Shown here: positions 32,584 to 41,094 of the stretch, one piece after another
How the letters are laid out: every line of letters starts with the position of its first letter
Numbering within the stretch: position 1 is the stretch's first letter
From: an uncultured Bacteroidia bacterium
GTDB taxonomy: Bacteria > Bacteroidota > Bacteroidia > Bacteroidales > F082
NCBI GenBank assembly: GCA_902801815.1
Contig: CADCJT010000005.1
Location: 38,099 to 102,098 of the forward strand
Direction of reading: 5' to 3'
Length of the DNA stretch: 64,000 nucleotides
Position numbers and translations under genes: made by a program
Notes under the pieces: model-generated
The model's database searches: none
Seen by the model: the letters and a program-made list of their open reading frames with translations, nothing else
What the model was told of the DNA's origin: nothing

Positions 32584-32680
32584 TCGCAAAGATGCAATGT
32601 CTGTCAAGACCAAGCCGTTGAACAAACGTTTGTAGTCGACTGTAGTCGTTTGTAGTCGTTTGCTGTCGGATAAGTGGTTG
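32584..32680 (-). promoter_or_regulatory. Duplicated promoter module, copy 2 (same CATCTTTG box and four 10-bp tandem units)
   Basis: TCGCAAAGATGCAATGTCTGTCAAGACCAAGCCGTTGAACAAACGTTTGTAGTCGACTGTAGTCGTTTGTAGTCGTTTGCTGTCGG... matches 29747-29844. Confidence 0.6.
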
Positions 32681-32685
32681 GTAAT

Positions 32686-32790
32686 GTGTGGGAACGCCAA
32701 AGACCAACCGGGTATGGTGCGCGGGCCCGGCCGACATGGGGGAGGAGCGGTCGCCTGGTGCGGTAGGCCCTTGATGTCGGCCTTGATCCT
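32686..32790. repeat. Duplicated GC-rich block, copy 2 (partner at 30057-30165)
   Basis: Aligned by eye with copy 1. Confidence 0.7.
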
Positions 32791-32833
32791 TTGGTTCCTT
32801 TCCCATCAAGGGGAAAGGAACGGAAAAAACAAG

Positions 32834-32890
32834 CCGCAGCCATAGATCCCATGCTTCCGCACAGGCCAGCGCAGGGATGACATGGCTGCT
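32834..32890 (+). repeat. GC-rich palindromic repeat, full copy (right-most)
   Basis: CCGCAGCCATAGATCCCATGCTTCCGCACAGGCCAGCGCAGGGATGACATGGCTGCT. Confidence 0.85.
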
Positions 32891-32904
32891 AGAGCATCTA
32901 TGAA

Positions 32905-32944
32905 AAGAGAAAGCCGCCGCGAGGGTCCCTTGCGGCGGCTTTTG
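32905..32944. terminator. Bidirectional terminator hairpin AGCCGCCGC / GCGGCGGCT
   Basis: 9-bp GC stem (32912-32920 / 32932-32940) flanked by an A-rich and a T-rich run. It lies downstream of the 32978-33739 (-) gene. Confidence 0.65.
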
Positions 32945-32977
32945 TCATCTCTTATTGATTGCTCTTTCGGCGAATCC

Positions 32978-33739
32978 TTATTCCATCATCAGATCGATGT
33001 AGTGGTATGACACGGAGTCGTTCTCCGCAGCAGCGGAAATCAACAGGCCGTTGTCGAGGTCGTAGTAGTAGGTGTAACCTTCTCTGATTCTGTTGTGCTT
33101 CGATTGGCGTGTGGCCACGCGGACGCCGTCGCCGTCGAAGATGGAATAGGCCATGGGGAAGCCGGTATAAACACAAGGTCTGTCGTCGTATTCGTAGGTG
33201 TAAGTATGGGTGCCGACCATATCTTCAGGCGCCAGTATCTCTTCCACCACCTGTGTGGCGTCGCCATCCACCCAAGTCAGGTGCCACTTGGTCGTTTTTG
33301 CGCCGGCGTGACACAGGATCTCCTCCACAAGGCCGTCGGTATTGTAAGAAGCACTACCCCAAATAGCCGTGTCGCCCTGGTGAATGTTGAGGAAGCTCAC
33401 TATCAGCCCGTTTTCGTAGGTGAAGTGATGCGACCACTTGCCGCTTTCCTCTTCGACTTTCACGATGTTGTCGCCTTCGTATACCATCTTTTCTTGGGTT
33501 ATGATGGCTGACATGGGCATGAATATCGTGTCGCAAACGCGCTTCAGGTTACCGTTTTCCAACCAGATGTAGTCAGCAGACGAGTTCAGGGTGAGCGCCG
33601 CGCTCGAAGTTGTGATATCCTCCCTGGCCAATCGCTTCACATTTTGCGGTTCGGGGTCTGGAGTCGGAGTGGGGTCTTTGTGGCACGAGGTGAGTGCCAT
33701 CGCAGCGACGAAGGCTGCCAAAATGAGTTTCTTTGTCAT
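32978..33739 (-). CDS. Hypothetical lipoprotein
   Basis: 253 aa. Lipobox AMALTSC. No recognisable catalytic motif. Confidence 0.55.
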   Translation of the reverse strand: MTKKLILAAFVAAMALTSCHKDPTPTPDPEPQNVKRLAREDITTSSAALTLNSSADYIWLENGNLKRVCDTIFMPMSAIITQEKMVYEGDNIVKVEEESGKWSHHFTYENGLIVSFLNIHQGDTAIWGSASYNTDGLVEEILCHAGAKTTKWHLTWVDGDATQVVEEILAPEDMVGTHTYTYEYDDRPCVYTGFPMAYSIFDGDGVRVATRQSKHNRIREGYTYYYDLDNGLLISAAAENDSVSYHYIDLMME

Positions 33740-33766
33740 GGTATTAAGGTTGAATCGTTATTGGCT

Positions 33767-36376
33767 TTAAATCCTTTCTCTCAACATCTGCATTGCCTTC
33801 GGCAGTCCATCGGCATTGCGTCCACCGGCCACGCAGAGGGTCTTCTGTCCGCCGCCACCGCCTTGGATCTCCTTGGCCACCTCACGGATGAGCTTGGTGG
33901 CATCCAGGCCCTTGGCGTCGGCAAAGGCCTCGGGCAGCAACAGGCAGAGCGAAGGCTTGCCTTCGGCCACAGAGCCGAGGATGGCGATGGTGCTCTCGTT
34001 CATCTGTTTCAGCATCAAAGCGATGTTGCGCAGCTGGTCGCCGCCACAAGGCAGGGTCTCCATGATGAGTTTGTAGCCTTCGTGGTCGAGGGCTTTCTCA
34101 TGCAGCCTCTCGGCCATGGCCTGGGCTTTCTCTTGCATCAGGTGTTCCACCTCTTTCTTCAAGGCGGAGTTCTGCTCGTTGAGCGAAGTGACGGCCTTCA
34201 CCAGGTCGGGCGACTTGACGCACTCGCGCAGGCGACCGATGAGGTCGAGCTGCTCGTCGAGGTATTGCTCCACGGCCTCGCCGGTGATGGCCTCGATGCG
34301 GCGGATGCCGGCGGCGATGGCACCTTCACTGACGATCTTGAACATGCCGATGTTGCCCGTGGCGCTGGTGTGACAGCCACCGCAGAGCTCCATGGAGTAG
34401 TCCTTGTCGAAGACCACCACGCGCACCTTGTCGCCGTATTTCTCGCCAAACAATGCCGTGGCACCCATGGCCTTGGCCTCATCGATCGGCATCTCGGCGT
34501 AGGTCACGTTCGGGATGTTCTCACGAATCTTCTGGTTGACGATCTTCTCCACCTTTTGTACTTCCTCGGGCGTCATCTTGGCGAAGTGGCTGAAGTCGAA
34601 GCGCAGGCGCTGGTCGTCGACCAACGAGCCCTTTTGCTCCACGTGGCTACCCAGCACCTGTCTCAAGGCGGCGTGCATCAGGTGGGTGGCGCTGTGGTTG
34701 TTGGCGATGCGCTGACGGCGTTCCACGTCGATGGCGGCAGTGAAAGCCACCTCGGGGTTCTGAGGCAGCTGCTCGGTGATATGGATGACCAGGTTGTTCT
34801 CCTTGACGGTGTTGACGATTTTGATGGTCTCGTTCTCGGAGGTCAGGGTGCCGGTGTCGCCCACCTCACCGCCCATCTCGGCATAGAACGGGGTCTTGTC
34901 GAGGACGATCTCGAAATGGGTCTTCTTCTTGGCCACCACCTCACGGAAACGCAGGATGTGGCTCTCGCAGCTCATGTCGGTGTAGCCGACGAACTCGGTG
35001 GGCTGCTCGCTCTCGTTCACCACCACCCAGTCGCCGTTGGCTTTCTCGGCGGCTTTGCGCGAGCGGTTCTTCTGCTCTTCGAGGTTGGCCTTGAAGCCTT
35101 CCATGTCGACGTTGATGCCCTTCTCGGAGGCCATCAGCTGGGTGAGGTCGATGGGGAAGCCGAAGGTGTCGAACAGCTCGAAGGCGAAGTTGCCGTCGAT
35201 GTCCTGACCCTTGTGTTGTTCCACATAACCTTCAAAACGCTTGATGCCTTGTGCCAAGGTGCGCAGGAAGGAGGCTTCCTCTTCGCGGATGACCTTGCTG
35301 ACGAGTTCTTGCTGCGACTTGATCTCGGGATAGTTGTGTTCCATCTGCTGCACCAGGATGGGCAGGAGCTGGCACACGAACGGCTCTTCGAAGCCGAGGA
35401 AGGTGAAGCCATAGCGCACGGCACGACGCAACACACGGCGGATGACGTAGCCGGCGCCGTTGTTCGACGGCAGCTGTCCGTCGGCGATGGCGAAGCTCAC
35501 GGCACGCAGGTGGTCGGCGATGACGCGCATGGCGACGTCGGTCTTCTCGGCCTTGCCGTATTCGATGCCCGACATCTTGGCGATGGCTTGGATGATGGGC
35601 TGGAACACGTCGGTGTCGTAGTTCGAGGTCTTGCCTTGCAGCACGCGGACGAGGCGCTCAAAGCCCATGCCCGTGTCGACGTGCTTGGCGGGGAGTTCCA
35701 CCAGATGGCCGTCAGCCATGCGGTTGTATTGCATGAACACGAGGTTCCAAATCTCAATCACTTGCGGGTCGTCCATGTTGACGAGGTCGCGCCCCGGGAC
35801 TTGTTTTCTGGCTTCATTATCGCGCAGGTCGATGTGGATCTCCGAGCAGGGACCGCAGGGACCCGTCTCGCCCATCTCCCAGAAGTTGTCCTTCTTGTTG
35901 CCGTAGATGATACGGTCTTCGTTGACGTGCTCCTTCCAGTAGCCATAGGCCTCCATGTCGGCAGGCTGGCCGTCCTTCTCGTCGCCGCCAAAGACGGTGA
36001 CGTAGAGACGGTCCTTGTCGATCTTCACCACCTTAGTGAGGTACTCCCAGGCGTAGGCGATGGCTTCTTTCTTGAAGTAGTCGCCAAACGACCAGTTGCC
36101 GAGCATCTCAAACATGGTGTGGTGGTAGGTGTCGTGGCCCACTTCCTCGAGGTCGTTGTGCTTACCCGACACGCGCAGGCATTTCTGCGAGTCGGCGGCG
36201 CGTTTCCATTTCGAGGGCTGGTTGCCCAGGAAGATGTCCTTGAACTGGTTCATGCCAGCGTTGGTGAACATCAGGGTGGGGTCGTTCTTGACGACGATGG
36301 GTGCCGACGGCACGATGGTGTGCTCCTTCGAACGGAAGAAGTCCAAGAAGCTATTTCTGATTTCGTAAGCGTTCAT
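33767..36376 (-). CDS. alaS: Alanine--tRNA ligase
   Basis: 869 aa. FTNAGMNQFK, class II core, editing-domain HSATHLMH and CGGCH motifs, C-terminal DHHA1-like GGGGGQ. Confidence 0.97.
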   Translation of the reverse strand: MNAYEIRNSFLDFFRSKEHTIVPSAPIVVKNDPTLMFTNAGMNQFKDIFLGNQPSKWKRAADSQKCLRVSGKHNDLEEVGHDTYHHTMFEMLGNWSFGDYFKKEAIAYAWEYLTKVVKIDKDRLYVTVFGGDEKDGQPADMEAYGYWKEHVNEDRIIYGNKKDNFWEMGETGPCGPCSEIHIDLRDNEARKQVPGRDLVNMDDPQVIEIWNLVFMQYNRMADGHLVELPAKHVDTGMGFERLVRVLQGKTSNYDTDVFQPIIQAIAKMSGIEYGKAEKTDVAMRVIADHLRAVSFAIADGQLPSNNGAGYVIRRVLRRAVRYGFTFLGFEEPFVCQLLPILVQQMEHNYPEIKSQQELVSKVIREEEASFLRTLAQGIKRFEGYVEQHKGQDIDGNFAFELFDTFGFPIDLTQLMASEKGINVDMEGFKANLEEQKNRSRKAAEKANGDWVVVNESEQPTEFVGYTDMSCESHILRFREVVAKKKTHFEIVLDKTPFYAEMGGEVGDTGTLTSENETIKIVNTVKENNLVIHITEQLPQNPEVAFTAAIDVERRQRIANNHSATHLMHAALRQVLGSHVEQKGSLVDDQRLRFDFSHFAKMTPEEVQKVEKIVNQKIRENIPNVTYAEMPIDEAKAMGATALFGEKYGDKVRVVVFDKDYSMELCGGCHTSATGNIGMFKIVSEGAIAAGIRRIEAITGEAVEQYLDEQLDLIGRLRECVKSPDLVKAVTSLNEQNSALKKEVEHLMQEKAQAMAERLHEKALDHEGYKLIMETLPCGGDQLRNIALMLKQMNESTIAILGSVAEGKPSLCLLLPEAFADAKGLDATKLIREVAKEIQGGGGGQKTLCVAGGRNADGLPKAMQMLRERI

Positions 36377-36446
36377 TTATAGTGAGTTATATGATTTTAC
36401 TTCAAAAAATGATTTAAAAAAACGTGCAAAGTTACGTTAAATATTC

Positions 36447-36454
36447 TATTTTTG
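36447..36454 (+). promoter_or_regulatory. -7 box TATTTTTG only 5 nt upstream of ATG 36459 (possible leaderless mRNA)
   Basis: Read directly: TCTATTTTTGCACCATGG. Confidence 0.4.
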
Positions 36455-36458
36455 CACC

Positions 36459-37379
36459 ATGGTTTCTAATTTTGGCAACAAAATTTGGCGTGTCGTATTG
36501 ATCTCACTCACTGTTTTGGGTGGGGCATTCCTCTTTGCCGTGTTGCTCTTCACTTTTTTGAAGTCACCAAAGGAGAAGGCACAGGCGCGCGAGTTGGAAT
36601 ACATGAAGCTGAAATACGAGATCTTGAACGACCGTCTCGATGATCTGGAGGCCTTGATGACCGATATGGAGCAACGCGACAACGACATCTATCGCGTGAT
36701 GTTTGAGGCCGATCCCATCCCCAGCCAGGTGCGCCGTTCGGGTTTTCTGGATGCCGACCGTTATGTCGATTTGTATGGCTACATGAACTCGGGCATGGTG
36801 GTGAACACGGCCCGGAAGCTTGACGTCATCGCCAGCCAGCTCTACAACCAGTCGGTGTCGTACGACGAGCTTTTCGACAAGGCTCGCAACAAGTCCGACA
36901 TGTTGGCGCACATCCCCGCCATCTTTCCCTTGAAGGAGTCGGACCTCATATACATCTCGTCCTATTTCGGCTATCGTCCCGACCCGATCTACAAGGTGGA
37001 GAAGTTCCACAGCGGTTTAGACCTTACGGCTCCGCTGGATGCCGAGGCCTACGCGACCGGCGACGGCGAGGTCATCGACGTGCAGAGCAACGAATGGGGC
37101 TATGGCAACATGGTGATCCTCGATCACGGCTATGGCTACAAGACCCGTTATGCCCACCTCAACAAGCCAGCAGTGCGCAAGGGGCAGAAGGTGAAGCGCG
37201 GCGACGTGGTGGGTTACATAGGCGCCACAGGCAAGGCCACGGGCGTCCACCTGCACTACGAGGTGCTGAAGAACGACAAACAAATCGACCCGATCAACTT
37301 CCTCTACGGCGACCTCTCGCCCGACAAATACAGCCAAGTCTTACGGCTTTCGACCTTACCAACCCCGACGATGGACTAG
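36459..37379 (+). CDS. M23-family metallopeptidase (membrane-anchored)
   Basis: N-terminal TM helix. HSGLDLTAP, GNMVILDHGYGYKTRYAHL, GATGKATGVHLHYEV. Confidence 0.85.
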   Translation: MVSNFGNKIWRVVLISLTVLGGAFLFAVLLFTFLKSPKEKAQARELEYMKLKYEILNDRLDDLEALMTDMEQRDNDIYRVMFEADPIPSQVRRSGFLDADRYVDLYGYMNSGMVVNTARKLDVIASQLYNQSVSYDELFDKARNKSDMLAHIPAIFPLKESDLIYISSYFGYRPDPIYKVEKFHSGLDLTAPLDAEAYATGDGEVIDVQSNEWGYGNMVILDHGYGYKTRYAHLNKPAVRKGQKVKRGDVVGYIGATGKATGVHLHYEVLKNDKQIDPINFLYGDLSPDKYSQVLRLSTLPTPTMD

Positions 37380-37403
37380 TAGAGATTCTATAACCATGAA
37401 ACT

Positions 37404-37757
37404 ATGGAAGAAACAAACACCCCCAGCAAATACTACTACAGCATCGGCGAAGTGGCCGCGATGTTCAACGTCAACACTTCGATGATCCGCTATTGGGAAA
37501 AGGAATTCGATGTGTTGCGTCCGCGCAAGAACAAGAAAGGCAACCGCCTCTTCACCGAACGCGACGTCCGTTATGTCCATGTCATCTACCAACTGCTCAA
37601 GGTGAAAGGCTACACGCTGGCTGGCGCCAAACAAGCCCTCAAGGAACGTTTCAGCGACTACGAAGAACGCATTATTATGCTCGAAACCTTGGACAAGACC
37701 CGCAGTTTCCTCCTCGACTTGGATAAGGCTTTGGCAGAGAAACAAAAGAAGGCATGA
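37404..37757 (+). CDS. MerR-family transcriptional regulator
   Basis: 117 aa. YYSIGEVAAMFNVNTSMIRYWEKEF...GNRLFTERDV. Confidence 0.8.
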   Translation: MEETNTPSKYYYSIGEVAAMFNVNTSMIRYWEKEFDVLRPRKNKKGNRLFTERDVRYVHVIYQLLKVKGYTLAGAKQALKERFSDYEERIIMLETLDKTRSFLLDLDKALAEKQKKA

Positions 37758-37765
37758 CGCTTTCG

Positions 37766-37800
37766 CGTCATTGCGAGGAGGCACGACGAAGCAATCTAGG
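37766..37800. repeat. CGTCATTGCGAGGAGGCACGACGAAGCAATCTAGG repeat (family also at 45672-45743 and 29897-29922)
   Basis: Read directly. Confidence 0.6.
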
Positions 37801-37836
37801 GGTGAAGTAATAGTAGTATTCCGCTTCTTTAAACAT

Positions 37837-37901
37837 TCAGCCGTCAGCCGTCAGCTTTAGTGTTATACTAAGCTGATAGCTGACGGCTGATAGCTGACAG
37901 C
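37837..37901. terminator. Long hairpin built from heptamer repeats (TCAGCCG x3 vs GCTGA(T/C)AGCTGACGGCTGA...), followed by a T-run
   Basis: Left arm TCAGCCGTCAGCCGTCAGCTTTA, right arm TAAGCTGATAGCTGACGGCTGATAGCTGACAGC, then TTGTTTTTTT. It lies between the merR-like gene (+) and rluD (-). Confidence 0.6.
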
Positions 37902-37909
37902 TTGTTTTT

Positions 37910-38977
37910 TTATTCTTCCAACAAGTTCCTCGCTTTCAGATACACCCTCCATTTCTCGAGCACCTGCTTCATGTCGTCGGGCAACTCAGAGGTGAACATC
38001 ATCTCTTTGCCCGTGGTGGGATGCACAAAGCCCAGCTCCTTGGCGTGCAAGGCGTGGCGTGGCATGATCTTGAAGCAGTTGTCGATGAACTGCTTGTATT
38101 TCGAGAAGGTGGTGCCTTTCAGGATGACATCACCGCCATACATCGCATCGTTGAACAAAGGATGGCCGATGTATTGCGAGTGGACACGGATCTGGTGGGT
38201 ACGACCGGTCTCCAGACGGTATTCGTTCAGGGTCACGTAACCGAAACGTTCCAACACTTTCCAGTGGGTGATGGCGTCTTTGCCGTAGTCACCGTTGGGA
38301 TAGACGGTCATCTTGCGGCGGTCGCTGGTGCTGCGCCCGATGTTGCCCTCAATGGTGCCTTCGTCTTCCTCGAAGTCGCCCCAAACCAAGGCGTTGTAAC
38401 GGCGGTGGATGCTGTGTACGAAGAACTGGTGGGCCAGCATGGCCTGTGCGGCCTCGTTCTTGGCCACGATCATCAGGCCTGTGGTGTCCTTGTCGATGCG
38501 GTGCACGAGATAGCCGAAACGGTTTTCGATGTTCTGGTGGGTCTGCTCGAAATAGTAGGCCAAGCCGTGCAGCAGGGTGTGCTCGAAGTTGCCGTGACCG
38601 GGGTGTACCACCAAGCCCGCCTGCTTGTTGATGACGATGACGTCGTCGTCTTCGTAGACGATGTTCAGCGGAATCTCTTCCGGCTTGATGTCGGTCTCGC
38701 GCGGCGGATAGGTGAACACGATGGAGATGACGTCGTTGGGCTTCACCTTATAGTTTTGCTTGACGGCCTTCTCGTTGACCAGGATGTTACCCGCCTTGGC
38801 CGCGTTCTGCACGCGGTTGCGCGAGATGTTGGAGAGGTGGTTGGTGAGGTAGGTGTCGATGCGCTCAGGTTGTTGGCCAGGGTCGACGGTCATGCGTATG
38901 TGTTCGTAAAGCTCGGTGCTTTCTTCGTTTTCAGAAAGCATGTCATCCTCGCGGATTTCGTTGAGGTCGTCGTTCAT
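37910..38977 (-). CDS. rluD: 23S rRNA pseudouridine synthase, RluD/RluA family
   Basis: 355 aa. S4 domain (RIDTYLTNHL...SRNRVQ), catalytic HRIDKDTTGLMIVAK, THQIRVH. Confidence 0.88.
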   Translation of the reverse strand: MNDDLNEIREDDMLSENEESTELYEHIRMTVDPGQQPERIDTYLTNHLSNISRNRVQNAAKAGNILVNEKAVKQNYKVKPNDVISIVFTYPPRETDIKPEEIPLNIVYEDDDVIVINKQAGLVVHPGHGNFEHTLLHGLAYYFEQTHQNIENRFGYLVHRIDKDTTGLMIVAKNEAAQAMLAHQFFVHSIHRRYNALVWGDFEEDEGTIEGNIGRSTSDRRKMTVYPNGDYGKDAITHWKVLERFGYVTLNEYRLETGRTHQIRVHSQYIGHPLFNDAMYGGDVILKGTTFSKYKQFIDNCFKIMPRHALHAKELGFVHPTTGKEMMFTSELPDDMKQVLEKWRVYLKARNLLEE

Positions 38978-41094
38978 TTGCGGATGATGAATTTTTGGTT
39001 GAAGACTTGGCCTTCACTGGTGGTGACGCTGAGGAAATACATGCCGTTGGTGAGGTGGTCGACGGAGATCACGGTCTGATACTCGCCTGCATACACCTTT
39101 CGGCCCGTGAGGTCGAAGATGCTGACCTGGCCACTGGTGACCTCACCTTCAAGATGGAGCACGTTGCTGACGGGGTTGGGATAGATCCTCAAGGTAGTCG
39201 AAGGACCGTTCTCTTCCAAACCGATAAAATAGGATGCACCGACCACGGGGCGGATCATCAGCGAGCCGTGCTTGCTGCTCTGTTGCCACGAGCCATTGGT
39301 GTTGATGAAGTTGTATTCGATGTTGTCGATGGACGAGTCGAAGCCGATGTTGATGAGATCGTCGCTCTGTTGCTCGATGCCGATATAGAAGGGGCCGGCA
39401 AGGGCCACGGTCTTGTTGAACTTGTAGTAGCTGAAGCGGTAGATCTGGTCTTGCCATTGTGGGCGTTGGCCATCAAGGCGGTACACCTCTTCGCCGGGTT
39501 TGCCGTTCTCGTCTTTCCAGACCACGATGTCGAAATACTTGTTGTTGGCATCGTTATAGGTGTGGTTGAAGAGCAGCTGCACGCCTTGGATGGTGTCGTA
39601 GTCGGCCAGGTCGAAACGCACGGCAAACCTGCCGCCGGCGGGACGCACGCCGAAGCCCAGCTCCGGGATGCCGTCGTCGTAGGCGTAGTAGTTGTACATG
39701 CCTGTGCGATACACCATCGAGTCGACCAGAGGCGGGTTGGCTGTGGAGTCGTAGAGATAATGGCTGACTTGATACGACACCGAGTCGTACCACATGTTCA
39801 AGGCAAAGAGCTCGCCGACGTAGGGACAGGCGGGCGACTCGCCGTAATCAGGGCATTGCAGGTAGCCGTGGGTCTTGTAAGGATGTACGGTCACAGGATC
39901 CAAGGCACGCGTATAGTGCTGTCCGCCACCGATCTGCTTCACGGTGTAGTAATAGTTGACCTCATGGTCGATGCCGTCGAGGTTGACGACGCCCACTTCG
40001 AGGTTCTCGCGCGTGAAGGCGTTCGGGTTGACGCGGTATTGGCGGTAGGGGATGGACTGGTAGCGCTCGAAGAACGAGGGCTGTTGTCCAGCGAAGCTCA
40101 GCATGGGGTAGTCGGTGTCGTCGGCCGAGCGGTTGATGTTGAGGTAGACGAAGTCGATGTTCCAGTTGTCCTCGTTGCTGCGGTTGCTGGGCAGCGATGA
40201 GCCGACGATGCTGGCGTAGTTGTAGAAGCGGAAATAAAAGTCGTCGCGGAAGTATTTCAGGTCGCGGATGGGGATCATCACCTGCTTGAAATACTGGCCG
40301 TCATTCTCAGCCATGAAGTCCTCGAGGGTCTGGCCGGGGACGCTCCAGATGTGGTACCAGGTGGTGTCGGCCACGGTGGTGAACACCGAGTCGCAGGGCA
40401 CGGCGATGCTGCCTTGCGTGTCGGGCGTCAGCGTGTCGGTGACCAGGGTGAACATGCCGGGTTGGCAGCCTACGGAGGCCCAGATGGTGTCGCCGGGGAA
40501 CAGCGTGTCGACTTGCATCTCTGCAAAGATGTCGGCGATGTCGTAGTTTTGGTAGTCAAGGAAGAGGAACTCTTGTCTTTCCGTGGTAGTGCCGAATTGC
40601 AGCACGAGCGAGTCTTGTGCCTCGGGTGGGTTGCCGTTGCCTTGAGGTTGGTAGTAGAAGCTCAGGTAGATGGAATCGGCAGGGGTGAGGGCACGCGGAT
40701 CGGGATCCATGATGGAGTCGAGGCGGATGCGGGCCGAGGTGAGATATTCGGCGACAAAGGCGTTGCTGATGGCATAGCTGTACACCTTACCTGAGGCGTC
40801 GAGCACATCGAAGGTGGCACCCTTGCGGTTGGGGGCACAGAGCGGGAAGCCGTCGTTCACCAGCACGTTGTTGTCGGTCCACTTCGTGGAGTCGGGATAG
40901 GTGTTGGAGTGGCTGAAGTCGTCGAAGAAAGGCAAAAAACGCGCTGCGGCCACGCCTCTCCTGGCGGGGGCGTCATGCGTCGTGCCAAATGGGGTCAATA
41001 TCTCTTGGGCGAAGGCCGGGCTGGCGATGAGGCCCAAGGCCAAGGTCAGGGCAAACGCCTTAAAACTCGTCTTCAAATTCATCTTCCTCTTCAT
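38974..41094 (-). CDS. Secreted protein with a T9SS C-terminal sorting domain (function unknown)
   Basis: 706 aa. Signal peptide ...LIASPAFAQ. C-terminus LRIYPNPVSNVLHLEG...GMYFLSVTTSEGQVFNQKFIIRK. 4-nt overlap with rluD. Confidence 0.7.
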   Translation of the reverse strand: MKRKMNLKTSFKAFALTLALGLIASPAFAQEILTPFGTTHDAPARRGVAAARFLPFFDDFSHSNTYPDSTKWTDNNVLVNDGFPLCAPNRKGATFDVLDASGKVYSYAISNAFVAEYLTSARIRLDSIMDPDPRALTPADSIYLSFYYQPQGNGNPPEAQDSLVLQFGTTTERQEFLFLDYQNYDIADIFAEMQVDTLFPGDTIWASVGCQPGMFTLVTDTLTPDTQGSIAVPCDSVFTTVADTTWYHIWSVPGQTLEDFMAENDGQYFKQVMIPIRDLKYFRDDFYFRFYNYASIVGSSLPSNRSNEDNWNIDFVYLNINRSADDTDYPMLSFAGQQPSFFERYQSIPYRQYRVNPNAFTRENLEVGVVNLDGIDHEVNYYYTVKQIGGGQHYTRALDPVTVHPYKTHGYLQCPDYGESPACPYVGELFALNMWYDSVSYQVSHYLYDSTANPPLVDSMVYRTGMYNYYAYDDGIPELGFGVRPAGGRFAVRFDLADYDTIQGVQLLFNHTYNDANNKYFDIVVWKDENGKPGEEVYRLDGQRPQWQDQIYRFSYYKFNKTVALAGPFYIGIEQQSDDLINIGFDSSIDNIEYNFINTNGSWQQSSKHGSLMIRPVVGASYFIGLEENGPSTTLRIYPNPVSNVLHLEGEVTSGQVSIFDLTGRKVYAGEYQTVISVDHLTNGMYFLSVTTSEGQVFNQKFIIRK

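Noticed and set aside
28657-32890. Possibility that the GC-rich palindromic repeats form a CRISPR array
   Set aside because: Copies are irregularly spaced (8 bp to >1 kb), occur in both orientations, differ internally, and are interspersed with genes. No cas genes are present.
28657-32890. Possibility that the palindromic repeats are integron attC sites flanking cassettes
   Set aside because: There are no GTTRRRY/RYYYAAC core sites at the ends and no intI-like integrase. The cargo genes carry their own promoters.
33644-36382. 912-aa ORF on the plus strand
   Set aside because: It is fully antisense to alaS, whose translation carries unmistakable AlaRS motifs. The antisense product is a low-complexity G/V/L/H/D-rich shadow typical of GC-rich coding DNA.
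38021-40200. 352-aa and 401-aa plus-strand ORFs
   Set aside because: Shadows of rluD and of the T9SS-sorted protein gene on the minus strand.
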